DNA of 64,000 bases, taken from Chrysomallon squamiferum. Lineage: Eukaryota; Animalia; Mollusca. The number at the start of each line of letters is the position of its first letter. Position 1 is the stretch's first letter. The translations under genes and the position numbers were made by a program. Positions 14,233-28,258 of the stretch are shown here, in pieces. The notes under the pieces were generated by a model that did no database searches, was not told where the DNA came from, and was given only the letters and a program-made list of their open reading frames with translations. The DNA lies in the NCBI GenBank assembly GCA_012295275.1, contig CM022673.1, positions 10,478,001 through 10,542,000 of the forward strand, in the 5' to 3' direction.

Positions 14233-16149
14233 TTTGAATATTCTTTTAAGATTTCACCCTTATTTTTTTTTCTAACAGTAACAATCTCCAAATAATACAG
14301 ACAAAATAAAACTCACAAAGAAAAAACTATTTCCACTACAACACCATAAACTTCCTGATACTGTAGGTGTTGAAAATCGTCAATAAAATTTTACCACAAT
14401 AAAAATGAGGAACTTTGACTAATATTCCGTGACAACTTCCTTCTTCCTTTTGTGATTTTTTTTAAACCTTTTTTCTTGTTCTCTTTTTCGTTTAACTTAT
14501 TCCAAGTAAATATAAATAAATCTTATAAGCATCTTCAGCAGATCATTCTAAACACATCCATTTGTTTACTTGGCATCAGTCGTGTATCCAGTTTTTATTA
14601 CGGTGAGATACTGGGAGAAAAGTGATCTACTTCACTCGCACAGTTCTTCACATCTTGATGCTTCCTTCACTGACTGGAGATTTTTTTTTTTTTTTTTCCC
14701 TCGTCTGTTCTCCTCTTGGTTTCTGGTCACAGGTAAAGCGGTGCTTCTGATACTTTCACCCAGCCCAGTCGAAGCACTCCGTGTAAATGGCTACATGAAC
14801 AGAATGGCCAGCCTATAAAAAACCTCAGGTGAGTGTCTTAATCTTGAAAGCTGCACGCTTCCTCTGATCAAGCAAATGTTTTTGTTATCTTTGCTCCTTA
14901 TCCAGTCTCAGAAGGTATAGATATCATAATTTTTTGGTAGAGAAGTCCATAAAAGTTTTTACAAAGCAAATGGCAGAAACTTGTAAAAAAAAGTGGCACT
15001 GCTCCAAAAGGTTTTTAAAATGAAACTGTAAACTGTGAAATAAACTGATAGATCGGATTTTCAGTCATAAATGTATGACTTATCTGTATTTTGTATTTTC
15101 ATAGCAGGAAAAAATAGGGGAAAAACAGAATTAGAAAAAATTTAAAAAGTAGTTAAGATGATTACGAAAATAAAGAAATGAATGAAGATGACAGTCTGAA
15201 AAGATTTATTTATTTTAACATAAATAGATAATGTTCAGTTTTTCTATCACTAGACTGGGATGTATCAGAACTAATGCTAAATAAAATGAAGACTTGGAGT
15301 AAAATAACTAAAAAAAATCATCTTGTGTATGGATCATCCATCACAGATACATTTATCTGTGTGTCAAAACAGAAATAATTAAACCATTAATTAGATGGTT
15401 GGCATAATAATTTTTTTTTTTTTTAAATAAATAAAATAAAAAATACACATCTCCAGAAGCTTGTTACAATAAGTCATAACATGGAAATTTTGCAAATAAA
15501 AGAATGTTTTTTCTTTAGAGGAACTGACAACATATGTTTTTAAAAAAAATGTACAGAAAGAAATGCAGATGCAAGTTACAGGAAGAACCCTTGGAACATC
15601 TGGTCTTCTCATGACTATTAATGTTTTCTCAATGCTGTCTACTCAGAAACATGTCATAACTTTGGTTATCTTGTCAAAAGAACGAAGAGAAGGTGGGAAA
15701 GTGGGGAAAAAAAGAAAGAAAAAACCCAATAACTGTAATTAAATAAAAGAAAAAATATTCCTTTAAGCTGTAATTTTGCACATGCTGTGAATGTAAAACA
15801 TGTCATCCATACAGTTGAAGACAATTTAATGAATGTTTTAATTGTAATTAAGATAATAACATTCATGCAGAAAGATTAACAGAAAAATGTAAATTACAGT
15901 TTCTATGTAACAATTCAAGTTACCATAAATAGCTTTTTTTCTCTTTTTTTTTAATCCATATGGAATGATACATGATATAACTGAAAAAAATGGTCTTTTA
16001 CAAAAAAAAAAACAGAAACAGAACATTTTCAGAGAATTAGTAAAAAGGGAAATTAGTGTTTTGTCTTACATCTAATTCTGAAAAGCAGCTTATACCAAAA
16101 AGTGAACCCAGCTCCTTTTAGATACAATTTCAATGACTTAACCATAGCA

Positions 16150-16680
16150 CCTAATACAAGACACAGGTTATGGTATAAACTATATGTCTCTGCAGAAATG
16201 GATGAGACTGATCATAAAAGTATTTAAGACAGTTGTTTAAAAAAAATGCTATGGCAGTGTAAAAATCTTCTTCAGATGTATACCCATAAATCTGAGTTTT
16301 GTTCTTCAAACAAAACACAGATTATGTGTATAAACTCTTTATGACTTGACACAGAATGATCATAGAAGTCTTTGAAATATTCAAACTTTTTTTTAAAAAG
16401 CTAAAGTGAAATAAAGATCTTTTATGTCTACACACAGAATGGTCATAGATGTCTCTGAGACATTCCGACTTTCAAAAAAAAAATAAGGTGACATAAAGAT
16501 CTTTTCTTCAGATGTGTGTACCACAATAAATCAAATCTTTCCTCTTAAAACAAGACCCAGATTATGGGGTAACAAACCCTCTGTACCCTTGCAGAAATGG
16601 ACAAGAATCATCACTGAGTCTTTGAGACATTCCGTTTTAAAAGAAATACTAAGGCATATCTAATTCTTGAGATGTGTACG
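16150..16680. repeat. Degenerate tandem repeat
   Basis: Recurring CAGA(A)ATG...TCATA.A.GTCTTTGAGACATTC and CTTCAGATGT motifs. Confidence 0.6.
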
Positions 16681-17538
16681 GCCAGCTTGGAACACAATGC
16701 TAGCTGCCATCTGGAAAAATGTGCATTCTTTAAGTGATGTGGCCAGGTAGAGAATGTGTAAGTTAGATGTACCAGTGCTGTCCAATCTGCAGAAGTAATT
16801 ATGACAGACACAGTCTCTTGTGTGCCCCATCACTGTAGTAATTTAAAGCCCAAGTCTCAGCTGCGATAACAAATGTATGTTGCTTGGCTGGAAGTGTATC
16901 TTTGTAATTTCATTATTTCTCAGTTAAATGTGAGCAATGAATTAAATCTAATTTTAAAACCAGTTTCATGAAAGTTATTACATATTTGATATAAAAATAT
17001 ATATTACACACATATATGATCGATGGTGGATGTGTTTCTTTGTAATTTGTTTATTTTTAAACTGACTGTAGAGGGTTTTTTGTCAATTTTTTTTTTTTTT
17101 TTTTTTTTTTAATGTAAAAAGAAATCTTTGTTATTTGATGGAAATGTGTAATTTATGTAATTTTATTAATTTCAATTCAGTGATATAGTGAGCAATATAT
17201 TAAAATTTTGAAAAATATTTTTTTTTTAATTAAATTTTAAATGTAGTTTCTGGAAGTGTATCCTTCTTAATTTCTAACTTTTATTTAAATTCATTTGTAT
17301 TTAAAATATTTTGAAATTATCTAGTGTATTTCCTAACATATTGATAATATATGCAATCTATATTGTTCTGTGGTTGGGACCATATCTTTATAATTTTATT
17401 ATATTTCAGTTGTCTGGGATTTGCTAATTAGTCATTCATTTAAAATGTTTTCAAAAAGTTTCAAGATTTTTGTTTACCCCTATTTAAAATTAAAACAAAT
17501 AATGGTTCCTTAGATATTTTCAGTAAATAATAACAATG

Positions 17539-17576
<38 letters not shown>

Positions 17577-18069
17577 TTTAATAATAATTTTTACTTAATC
17601 TGAATTGATTTTAGGTAAATGTCAAATATTAAGATTACTTTGAAAATTATTTAGTAATAAAAATGAAATCACTTTTTCCACCAGCATGATATTCTAAGAA
17701 TAATTGTTTTAAAGTTTGGACTAGATATGAAACAGAAAAATAAACAAGAAAATATAAAAATTTGACAATTTTAAAGAATAAAATGTTACCAAATTGCACA
17801 GTATGGATTACAAGATAACACCGATTTTAACTTTTGTAAAAGTTTGGGTCATGTATTGCTTATGAATTTAAAAAAACCACTAGCCAAAACTTTATGCAGT
17901 TATATTTTTAATTATATAGGCTATAAAATACAAAGACAATATCACCCACTTAAAAACAACAAACCCTACAGCTAAGAAATCACTGGAAGTAAATGATACA
18001 AATTTTGAAACAATTATTCCACAGTTGTAAAATTATCTGCAAGCTTTAGTTATATAAAAAAATATATAC

Positions 18070-18104
<35 letters not shown>

Positions 18105-18934
18105 GTTTTGTCATGAATGTAAAATTTGAGAAACAAACTTGGCTAAGTACCAGAAACATGATTTATAGAATGTTAACTGATTAACTATGTTACTTCTTCT
18201 TGAATGAAATAAATTCAAAAGAAAAAGAAAAAAAAAAAGAAACATGAAATGGAGATAAAAGTCTGAGTAAATGTGATAATGTGTGTGTAAATTAATTGTA
18301 GAGTTGCACAGAAAGTTCATTTTTATTTAATTTAATTATTGATTAATTTTCTTTTATAATTTTTTATAATTTTTAACCACAGATGCATTATTTTTTGTTA
18401 GCAATAATATAGTTAAAAAATGTTTGTTTTTTTTAAATCTGTTTTAAATGTATTTTCAACCTGAAAGCAATGAATTTTTTACTTTTTTTTTAGAAATAAA
18501 CCTCATATATTTTCTTTATAAGGCTCCCAAAAAATTAAAATTTTCCAAATAAAATAATAATCATAATATTCATATATAATAAATAAATTAATAATACAAA
18601 TTTCAAATTGATTCTCTTTGTGTAGAGCCATACATACAATTTTTACAAAGTAAATTCTGAGAAACAACATACGTCTGGGTAGCAGAAAGATGATGTAATC
18701 TATGTAAACAGATTAAACCACATCTTTTTTCATGAACAAAATAAAAAAATGAAAAATAAAAAATGAAAGAGAGACAAGATAAGAACAGAGTAAACTTGAT
18801 AATGAATATGAAAAGTAAATGAATCAGACACTGAGATAAAATAATCTTGGGAATATCTTAGAAAGTCGTAAGGAAATAATAATCTTCAAACTAAGCAATG
18901 TAGAAAATATCTTGAACTACATTAAAAACTGTAC

Positions 18935-18970
18935 CTGGGAAGAGAAAAAATGGCTACAGCATCTTTCCAT
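18935..18970 (-). CDS. Candidate alternative first coding exon V6 (MERCCSHFFSSQ)
   Basis: Start context caagATGg; in-frame TAG 6 codons upstream; Inr-like TCAGTC just upstream; phase-0 donor cag|gtacag (non-consensus at +4/+5). Confidence 0.3.
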
Positions 18971-21969
18971 CTTGAAATGACTGAACTATCACTGACACAA
19001 AGAATTTAGTGTTAATAGGATTTTTTTTTTTAAATCTTACTCCAAAGTGTTATGACTGCAAAATATTAAAAACAGTCATATGATCTTTTTTTTTTTTTTT
19101 TTACATTTTCATCAATGGTGAATATCCTTTGTTCCCCCAAAAGTAAATCATCTGACATTTAAAAGAGGTAAAAATATATCTATAGTTTTGTTTTTACTAA
19201 TTGTGTTAAAACTTGTTGGCAGCCAAATTCTGAAATAAGTATGATGTGGGTATCTTTTAATTCTTGTTTATGTGAGTTCTGCTTTAAGTTGGAGAAAGAT
19301 GAGAATAAAAAAAAATTATGTTAGACAACAAGGGAACATCAGAGAGAAAAAAACAGATAGATAAACAGTGAAAAAGAGACAAAGACACAGAGGGAGTGTG
19401 GGAGGGAAGGAGAAACGTAAAGAGAAAAATAAAGATAAACAGTATAGAAAGAGAGACACAGAAAGTGAAAGAAAGAGATAGGTAGATATATGTATATAAA
19501 GATAAAACACACCCACAGAGTGACAGGGAACAAGAGAGAGAAGAAAGAAAAGCTGGGATACCTAGAAAGATAAAAGAAAGAGTGGAAGAGAAAGAAAATA
19601 AAATATATAAGATCAACACTGAGTGATGGAAAAAAAAAAAAAAATGGAAAAAAAACACACAAAACAAAAACAACACAAAAAATAATAATAGGGATACAGG
19701 GACTAAGAGTAATAGAAAATATAATGGGACAAATTGTATGAAGTCAGAACAAAAATAATAATTCCCAGGACTTGAAGGCTATATATATATATAGAATATT
19801 AAAAATGCAGCTGTTACTTAAATAAACACAAGTAGCTAAATTAGTCATTTTAAAACATGTCTTGAATATCATATCACAAAATAATGAATTCCATATGGCA
19901 TACTTTTCTTTTTTCAATAAATATAAATAAATTATATTGCCTGAACTATTACACTTTCAGCATAATTAGCAATTTACAGTCCAATATTTAATATAATGAT
20001 GAAATTTGTACCAATGTGGAAGTCTCAGTTTCTCTCACTGGATGGTTGTGAAAACAATAATGAATTTAATTTTATAAAGTTTGGGACATTACTTTTTACA
20101 ACATTGAAAAATTTTGCAGGCAGAGATACATTAATGATGAAATAATTTACAGAATATATCACAACTTTCAATAAGTTAGCATTATATATTTATAATTCTC
20201 TCTCTCTCTCCTTTATTTATATTTTTCTCTCTGACAAAGCTCTCTCCATACCCTCTCTCTGTTTCACTGTCATGTTTCCCTGCCTACCCTCTATACAATT
20301 CTATCTCACTTGCTCTTTTGTTCAGTAACCAAAATACATAAATACAAAAAATAAATTAAAAAATAAGAATAAATTATAATTAAAACATTAGCATAATTAT
20401 ATAATAATAATAATAATAATAAAATAAAAAAGTGATACTACACTGGTACAAACAAAAAGCTATGGACGAAGACTACCTATGAAGGCACTTAGTTGATCAG
20501 GCTGAACGAAGTCTACCTAGGCAGGTGTTTAACTTATCATCCCAGTATAAAAACTATCTGCTAAATAAGGCATTGCTTTTTAACATTTACACTTGTACCA
20601 TTCATCAATGGCAGAGTCTTTGAAGCGGACATGAATCACCTGCTGGGTGAGAGACGATTATGAAGAAAATATGTTTTCTGTGAAAACACTCTTCCCACAT
20701 TGCCATGGCCAAATCTGATGCACATACGACTGGTAACATTACATGGCTGAATGATTAAGTTTCTTTTAACGTTTAAGTTTCTGTTATCTTCATGTGTTCT
20801 TATTCATCGCAGTGCACAAAATGTTTGGCTTGGAAGCCTTAAGAATTAATGTCCCCAAGCGAAGCAGACAAATCTGTTACTGCCAGGGCAAAACACAACA
20901 AAGACTAAATAAATATTTTGAAAAAAAGTAATAATAGAAGTAATATAAAAATCAATTAATTAATTAATTAAACACTTAAATACTTCATAAGAAAGAAAGA
21001 TCTAATAAACTGAGAGGGGAAATAATAATAAAATAAGTAAATAAATAAATAAATTTAAATATTAGACAATCCTCAAATACATTATAGGAGTCAAATAAAT
21101 AAATAAAAACAATCATCAAATACATTATTGAAGAATTAGTAAAAAATTATTTTAGAAAGTAAGTAATTAATTGTAAATTTAATCTGAATGCAAGTTACAC
21201 TTACTTCACATATATAAATACTTAGACATTAACTGGCAAACCCAAGTTACAAAAAAATATTTTTGTTAAAACTTCTTTATCAAGTTATCTTTTTTTCTTT
21301 ACGTTCAAAGCAGATTTGAGAAATATTTTTAACATCAGAACTATGGTTTTTTGCACTTATACATAAAAATATAATATAGCTGTCAAATTATATATTAATA
21401 AAAATACATGCCTCAAAACATTTACAAAATGTTGATATATTTTTGTTATGACTGGTAGAAATGAGAATTAACGAGCATTCCATCATTAATATTTGTGATT
21501 TTGAAAATAATATACAAAATTTTGATTAAAATCATACTGAACAGTAAACAAGCTTTTTTTTTTATTTTAATGTCATCAATACCTTTGTATTTTTGATCTT
21601 TTCAAACAAACAGGGGCTATATGGGATGAAACAAGTGTTTTACAGAGAGGTCAGAACAAGGCAACATATGATATTAAAATGTGGCCAGTGATATGGGTGG
21701 CTAATCTAATCAATATGTTTCTGGTGTTTATCTAGCTTTAAGAAAGGTGGGTATGTAACACCAAGATGAAACCTTTGCTGGCTTTGACCAGAATGTGTCA
21801 GAGGTGGGTATGAAAATGGATCTTTGATCAAAAGGTTAACAAATCTCCAAAACAGATGAATTAACATCTCAATACTTTTAACATTAAATGTTATTAGGTA
21901 TCAAACATATGTAATAATAAAGGTAGTATGAACATACACCATAAATCAAAGGGAAACGTCTTCAGAAAG

Positions 21970-22170
21970 AATGGATAAAAGAACCTATAATACTGTTACA
22001 CATTTTATTATTACTGTGATCATGGTTTTTGTATAAAGATGAAGACAGGGGAAATCCACTATCACTACACTAAGAATTATTTTATTTATTAGAAGATCTG
22101 TTATGTGAATTCATCTTTCTTCAAATGTACCATGCTATTTTATACACCATTTCTGATCCACCTCAAAAAC
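21970..22170. mobile_element. Possible highly decayed SINE fragment
   Basis: The order of motifs (ACACATTTTATT...GGGGAAATCCACT...GATCTGTTATGTG...TACCATG...ATACACCA) resembles my recollection of gastropod tRNA-derived SINEs. It lies between two diverged ~60-bp direct repeats (21771-21832 and 22282-22343). Not verified by search. Confidence 0.25.
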
Positions 22171-25100
22171 ATTGGATATTAAAATATGACCTAAGTATGA
22201 GCGATTAATTTTGACAACATTGTTCATGCATTTCTCCATTGTTTACATAATCTGAAGAAATAAGGATATGTCATATAATGGACCTTTGCCAGATTTGTCC
22301 AGCATATCTCAGAGGTGGGTATGAAACTGAATCTTCGATCAAACAGTAACAATCTTGGGAATATCTGGCATTATTAAAAAAGTGCACCAGTGAGATGAAG
22401 CAAAATAAACACATCTGTATCTAAATGCCATCTACGCCTCACCTGCCCTAGATAGGAAGATGTTGCTAATGGCAAACAGAAAACCAGACCTAGAAACCTG
22501 CTCCAGGTAATTCAACTTTTACGATTAGTGACATTTCTTTTTGTTCTTCTCACCAGGCGGCAAATCATCAAATGTAGGGAAAAGAAAACTTTGGTGTTCA
22601 AAGATAATGGAAAAAGAAAAAGGCTACGAAGTGCAAATATTTATGAAGATATTAATTCTTTCATGGTAAATGTTGATCTCGGTATCAGAATATCTTTTGC
22701 TTCATTTGTTTTCTCTAAAAACATAAAACCACAATAAAAGATAGTAATTACTTTTTTTTTCTTTTTTTTCCATGCAGTAGGATGGTTTTTAGGTTGGGTT
22801 TTTTTTTTTTTTTTCTTTTTTTTTCTTCTTCTGACAAGGAAAAAAACATAACAAAATGAAAAAAATTTTACAATAACATAATACTAAAACTGTCCAACAA
22901 ATTTACCTACACACTTATTGGAAAAACTGTCTGTAACTCCAAAAAGTGTCTGTATCTCAGTGTATGAAACACATACAAAAGCACAAAAAACAACAAAGTG
23001 AGACACACACACACACACACAAAAAAACTATGGACAAAATAATATATATATATATAAGATATTAAAATATATTTTAAAAACTGAAGTGTTTTTATTTTCA
23101 TTAAAAAAAGTTATCTGAAAGGAATTTGTTAAAGAAAAAACCCACAAAAAAACTGTAACTATGTCATCAAAACTTTATAAAAGTAAACATGTATAGCCCA
23201 TTTACGCAGTGATTATCATTAAGTAATATTAACCATCCATCATATGCAACATCCATGTCTCAAACCAAAAACATAAATAACTTTAAAAATGCCTTTTTAT
23301 TTACCTACAACATGTATCATTATATCTTAATCTTCTTTCAAAAACAAATTCTAGCTTACGGTACACAACAACTGCACTAAGTTTATCAGGAAATCAACCA
23401 AGCATGCTAACCAACAGGCCAGGCAGTTAAAGATCAGTGGGAAGGTGAGAGTACAGCTGGAAAGTTGAATCACGAATGGCAACTTGGAAGGGAAGGTGCC
23501 TGAGTGAGCAGGCACCGACAGTTGGTAGAAGAGATAAATTGTGCCAAAAACTGTTCGAGTGCAATCAGACCTGAAGAAAATCTAAACTTTTTTTTTTAAA
23601 AAGAAGGAAAAGGGGAAAAAGTAAATGATAAGGAATGTGATTTTTGGGTGGTCAGTAACATTTGTTTTATCTGTTTACACAGACTGAAACAAAAAAAAAA
23701 CAAAAAAAAACAATAAAATAAAATAAAATAAATAATAAATAATAATAAATTATATGTTACTGACACCACTGATTTTATATACAGTTTTGCTTTGGGAGGT
23801 TGGTGTTGATGTAAATAGATAAAAAAGAAAAGAAAGTAACAGTTTACTACAATAGTTACCTTTCAGAAAATAGTGAAGAAAGACAGTTTTTCATACAAAA
23901 AAACAACTTTTTACCTTAAATATCTGAAATATACAAGAATAATAAAAAAAAAATTTAAAAGATGAAGCTTTTAGTCATACAAGTGATACAAACAGAAAAT
24001 AAAAATGTTCTTGAATAGAGAAAAAAAAATTAAAAAATGAATAAATAAAAATAATAAATAAATAAAAAAAAAACCACTTACTACCTGACCCACTCAAAAA
24101 AGAAAAACCTCTTTCAGACTAAAAGCAGCAGGAAAGAAGAAAAAGGAAAAAAAGACCCTTGGGTGTCAGCCCCAACAGTGAAAACTATTTTCTTATGCTG
24201 GGATAACATGAAATAAAAAACTTTTCATAAACACAAGAAGTATTACTGTTTCAACCTGAAAGGATGACATATTGCAAAAAAAAAAAAATAATAATAAAAA
24301 ATATAGGGAAGAAAAAGAGATAGGGAAGAATGCATGGAAAAAAAAAAAAAAAGTGAGAGAAAAAAAAAACAAAGAAGGAAACATTTGTGTATGACAGTTA
24401 TGATAGTTATTTTCTTATGAAGACGTAAACAGAAAAGAAGAAGAAATAGTAAACATTTAATAGTAGCTTTTTGGTAACAAAAAAATAGATATTTTTTAAA
24501 GTGTTAATCAATCTGAACTCCCCATTTAATCATGTGATTTTAAAAGAAGTCTAATAAGAAATAATAATAATAATAATGATAATAATAGAACACCTTGTAT
24601 AATGATTCACAATCATGAACAAACAGAAGAGAAAGGCATTAATGTCCAGTAATAAAATGTGAATTTCTAATTATTAAAGTTTTGTGTGTGTGTATTTGTC
24701 TTTATAACTGTTTTTGTACATACATCCATTAGTGTACTCAAAAAAAGATAACATATTCTAATAGTAAGTTAATCCTTAACTATTAAGAAATTAGAAATTA
24801 GAGAAATTTAGAAAGAAGAGAACAGGTGTTGGAAGATGTTAATATTACCAGTTTAATTATGGAATGCTGCTTATTCCACACATTTTGTGTTTCGAGCATT
24901 CTACTGTCAGTTGTGTGAGTGAATGTCATCAGTAGGTAAGTTATTGCTATTTGTAATCATTTCATCTTCAAGTCTTCAAGAAAGCAAGGATTTTTAGAAT
25001 AACAGTATGCTTATCAATTTTCAACACCCTTACTGTCTGTCGAATGGTTTTAATTTTTTTTTTTTTAAAAGGTAGATAATTAACCTGCATCGTTATTTTT

Positions 25101-25609
25101 AAATAAAACTTATTAACCTATCAAAATTATTTTATATTAGCAACTGTTGGATTGGGTTAGGTTAGGTAAGTCGAACTGGTATTTTTATGTATCAGCTATT
25201 TAAAATATACATCATTATAAAGAATAAAACCCTATGTTTAGTTTTGTTTATCTAATTAATTTACTAAAAGTCTCACTGCAAATTATTTTATGTATAAACA
25301 AAATCGTTAACCTTTTTTTTTTAATTTTTAATTTTTTTTTAAATGGTTTAAAATGCCAGCTTGAAATGATTTCCTCATCATTTGGCAATTATTCGGTGTT
25401 GGACAAACTTGATTTTCATCAAAAGATGAAACCGGAATCCTCTCCACATGCTAACTGATAAGTCACACATAGAAAAAACATTTTCTGATCTGGCATGAAA
25501 GTCCTGCTGAGAAAAACAGTACCAAACTACCTGTCTACATTTACGTTTTATCTCAAAACTATCACTGTGGTATCAACGTTGCTTCACTGTTATAGCAGGT
25601 GCTGTATCT

Positions 25610-25623
25610 GTTGCCGTGGCAAC
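25610..25623. promoter_or_regulatory. RFX X-box motif
   Basis: GTTGCCGTGGCAAC has perfect palindromic half-sites and lies in a locally GC-richer intronic patch. Confidence 0.45.
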
Positions 25624-26847
25624 CAGAAAACAGACTTGATTCCTGTCTCAATCAGGCAGTCCTGCCGAGATACCCTCTGCCATGTTTTTGCCATCTCAGA
25701 CATTTCTTATCTCTTCCTCTGCAAGATTTTACACATCAAGGTATGAAGTTATAAATGGTGCCATGAAAAGTTATTAAAGGGTTGGTGTATGTATTAATTG
25801 TACCAACTAGCAGATAAATTAATTCACTGTTTTTATCTATGCTAAGTGTTTTCCATATAACTTCATTTCTTCTAATGGATTAATCATTAAGTCGTATTTT
25901 TGTGATATTTATAATCTTTTTGGGATGTGTTCTATATAAGTTATAACCATACTTTCCTGATAGACAGGAACTTTTTTGGTGTGTGTGTGTGTATGTGGAT
26001 GCCTGCCTGGAAATAATCTATTTTGGTGCTTTTGATATCACCTTTTTGTTTCCAAAGAGACTAAAACATTTGTGCCATCTTTAGGAATTGCTGTCTTTTC
26101 TTCTTTCTTTTTCTAGGTGAGTTTGATTCCTTTGATGTGACTTTTTTTCCTAATTATTAAGTCCTATTTTTACTATGTTTATTCTCTATACTGAAAATGA
26201 AGTTTTTGTCATCTGTTTAACTGTTTTCAAACATATAACTTTATCATAATGTTAATGGTTGTTTTTTTTTAGACTTGAAAAATTATTAATAAATTAGTTT
26301 TAATCAGTTTTCCAAATTATTATATAACTTTTTCCCCCATCTTTTAATGTGTACAGAATAATCTGACTCTCTTCAGTTTATGATATGACCTGTGTTACTT
26401 CTTTTCTTTCTAACTTTAAAATTCATTGAAGTTTTGATTTTTGTATTAATCAGTTTTCCACTTTGTGAAACCATACCTTTTAATATGTTGTCTATTAAAC
26501 ACATCACTAATTTTCAACCTAGTTTTTAACTGAAAAGTGGTACGAATTAGCTACCATTTCCATCATGAATATTATTAATGGATAGAGGAACTAGATTCAA
26601 CAGCTAAACACGGATGCCTGGTAAGTTCCATTTAATTAATTTAAGAAACACTTTATATATTTACACACATACGCACACACATACACCACAAATCAGTGGT
26701 TAATTCATAAACCATTACTCCCAACAAGAACAAAAGTCAATGTGGTTATCAAACATGAACAAACAAAATAAAAATAAATAAATCTCAAAACAACAATATA
26801 GAAATCTTAAAAAAAAAAAAAAAAGAAAGTGAAGATAATAATCTCAC

Positions 26848-26892
26848 CCTAACAATGATCAACTTCTTCAAAGTCTGCTTCAGATCCATCAT
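26848..26892 (-). CDS. Candidate alternative first coding exon V5 (MMDLKQTLKKLIIVR)
   Basis: TAA immediately precedes ATGATGG; 15 codons; phase-0 donor agg|gtgaga compatible with exon B. Confidence 0.5.
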
Positions 26893-28234
26893 TTACTTTT
26901 GAAATGGCTATAACGTTATTTCAACGTGAATTACTCCTGCACATACTCATACACTTATACATCTTCAAGAACTAACATTATATACTAAACACTGTGACAG
27001 TGAGTTGATCATACCTAATCCCTGAGTTAATGATACAAGATAAAAAAGCCAGACTAATATGTCACCTAGTCAAAAATGACCTCTGTGAGGTAATAACAAA
27101 CTCTACAACTATGTAATGGTCAAAAATGACAGCAAGTGACCAGTGACTACTTAAAGCTAATAAAACTGACCTATATATCTACTGGTCAGTGTAAAAGTAA
27201 ACTAACAGTATTTGTAAGCAGCTAATGAGGGACCAAGAACTAATGTATACACTGGACAATGGACCAACAGTGTTAAAAGTTAATAAAGGTTATTACACTG
27301 CAACAAAAAAGGGAAGCCACTGTAACAACAAACAGGTAACACCTTTGTTCTTTTCTCAACAGGTGAGTGAAAGGTGGAACTGCCTCAAGCTATCAGACAT
27401 GTTATAAACACTTTATACAAGTTTACAGCAGCTCACACTGATTGAAGGAAGCAGATGAAGGGAGATAACCACAACTGACTTAATTCTTAAAGTTTTTTTT
27501 TTTTTTTTTTTACATATGTGATTGGTTGAGGTTATTGAAATTTCTAGGTTTGAAAACTACTGTTGTAATAAGCCGTAAATAGAATTCATATATTTTAAAT
27601 TATGATGAACAATTCTAATAACTCCTATTTTAGGATTTAAATTCAAAATGATAAATTTGGAATTTGAATTGAATGTATAAAATAACATTAAAAAAGTTTC
27701 ACACATACTTGGATTTAAAATGGGTTAAAAAATAAAAAATTCATAAAATAAACTGACTCTGAAATTTTAAAATGAGAATATAATTTTCCCATGTATTATG
27801 TGTATCAAGCATCTACTTCCATCTCAAGAACACACTTTCTGATGTCCACACACCACTACTTACAACATGTACACCAACTGGTCACTTGGAACTATGCGAA
27901 TTACACTACTTGACTTGTCACTATAGAAAGGCTGATGATTTCATCTCAGCTTGAAATCTTTTGAAAACTGCTATATAACATTCTATCAGATTATGATAGC
28001 ATCATGTAATGTTTCCTTTTATATAATAACTAGTTAAAATATCAAAGTATATTAGTTATACCATATCATAATTATGGTATAAAATTAAATACACACACAG
28101 GCAGCAATAATTAAATAAAAAAAATTATAAATTGCATATTACTTTAAATTTAAAAAAGTGAAATTTAAATATTTTTAATAAATAAATAAATAAATAATGT
28201 AAACTTTAAAAAACTAAATGATATAAATCCTCAC

Positions 28235-28258
28235 CTCTTTGGCACTTGCGTTTCCCAT
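28235..28258 (-). CDS. Candidate alternative first coding exon V4 (MGNASAKE, myristoylation-type N-terminus)
   Basis: Start context actATGg; in-frame TAG at 28297-28295; phase-0 donor gag|gtgagg compatible with exon B. Confidence 0.6.

Noticed and set aside
19284-19676. Phe/Leu-rich membrane-like ORFs (also 37430-37924 and 63119-63400)
   Set aside because: Low-complexity T-rich intron sequence that is open in several frames.
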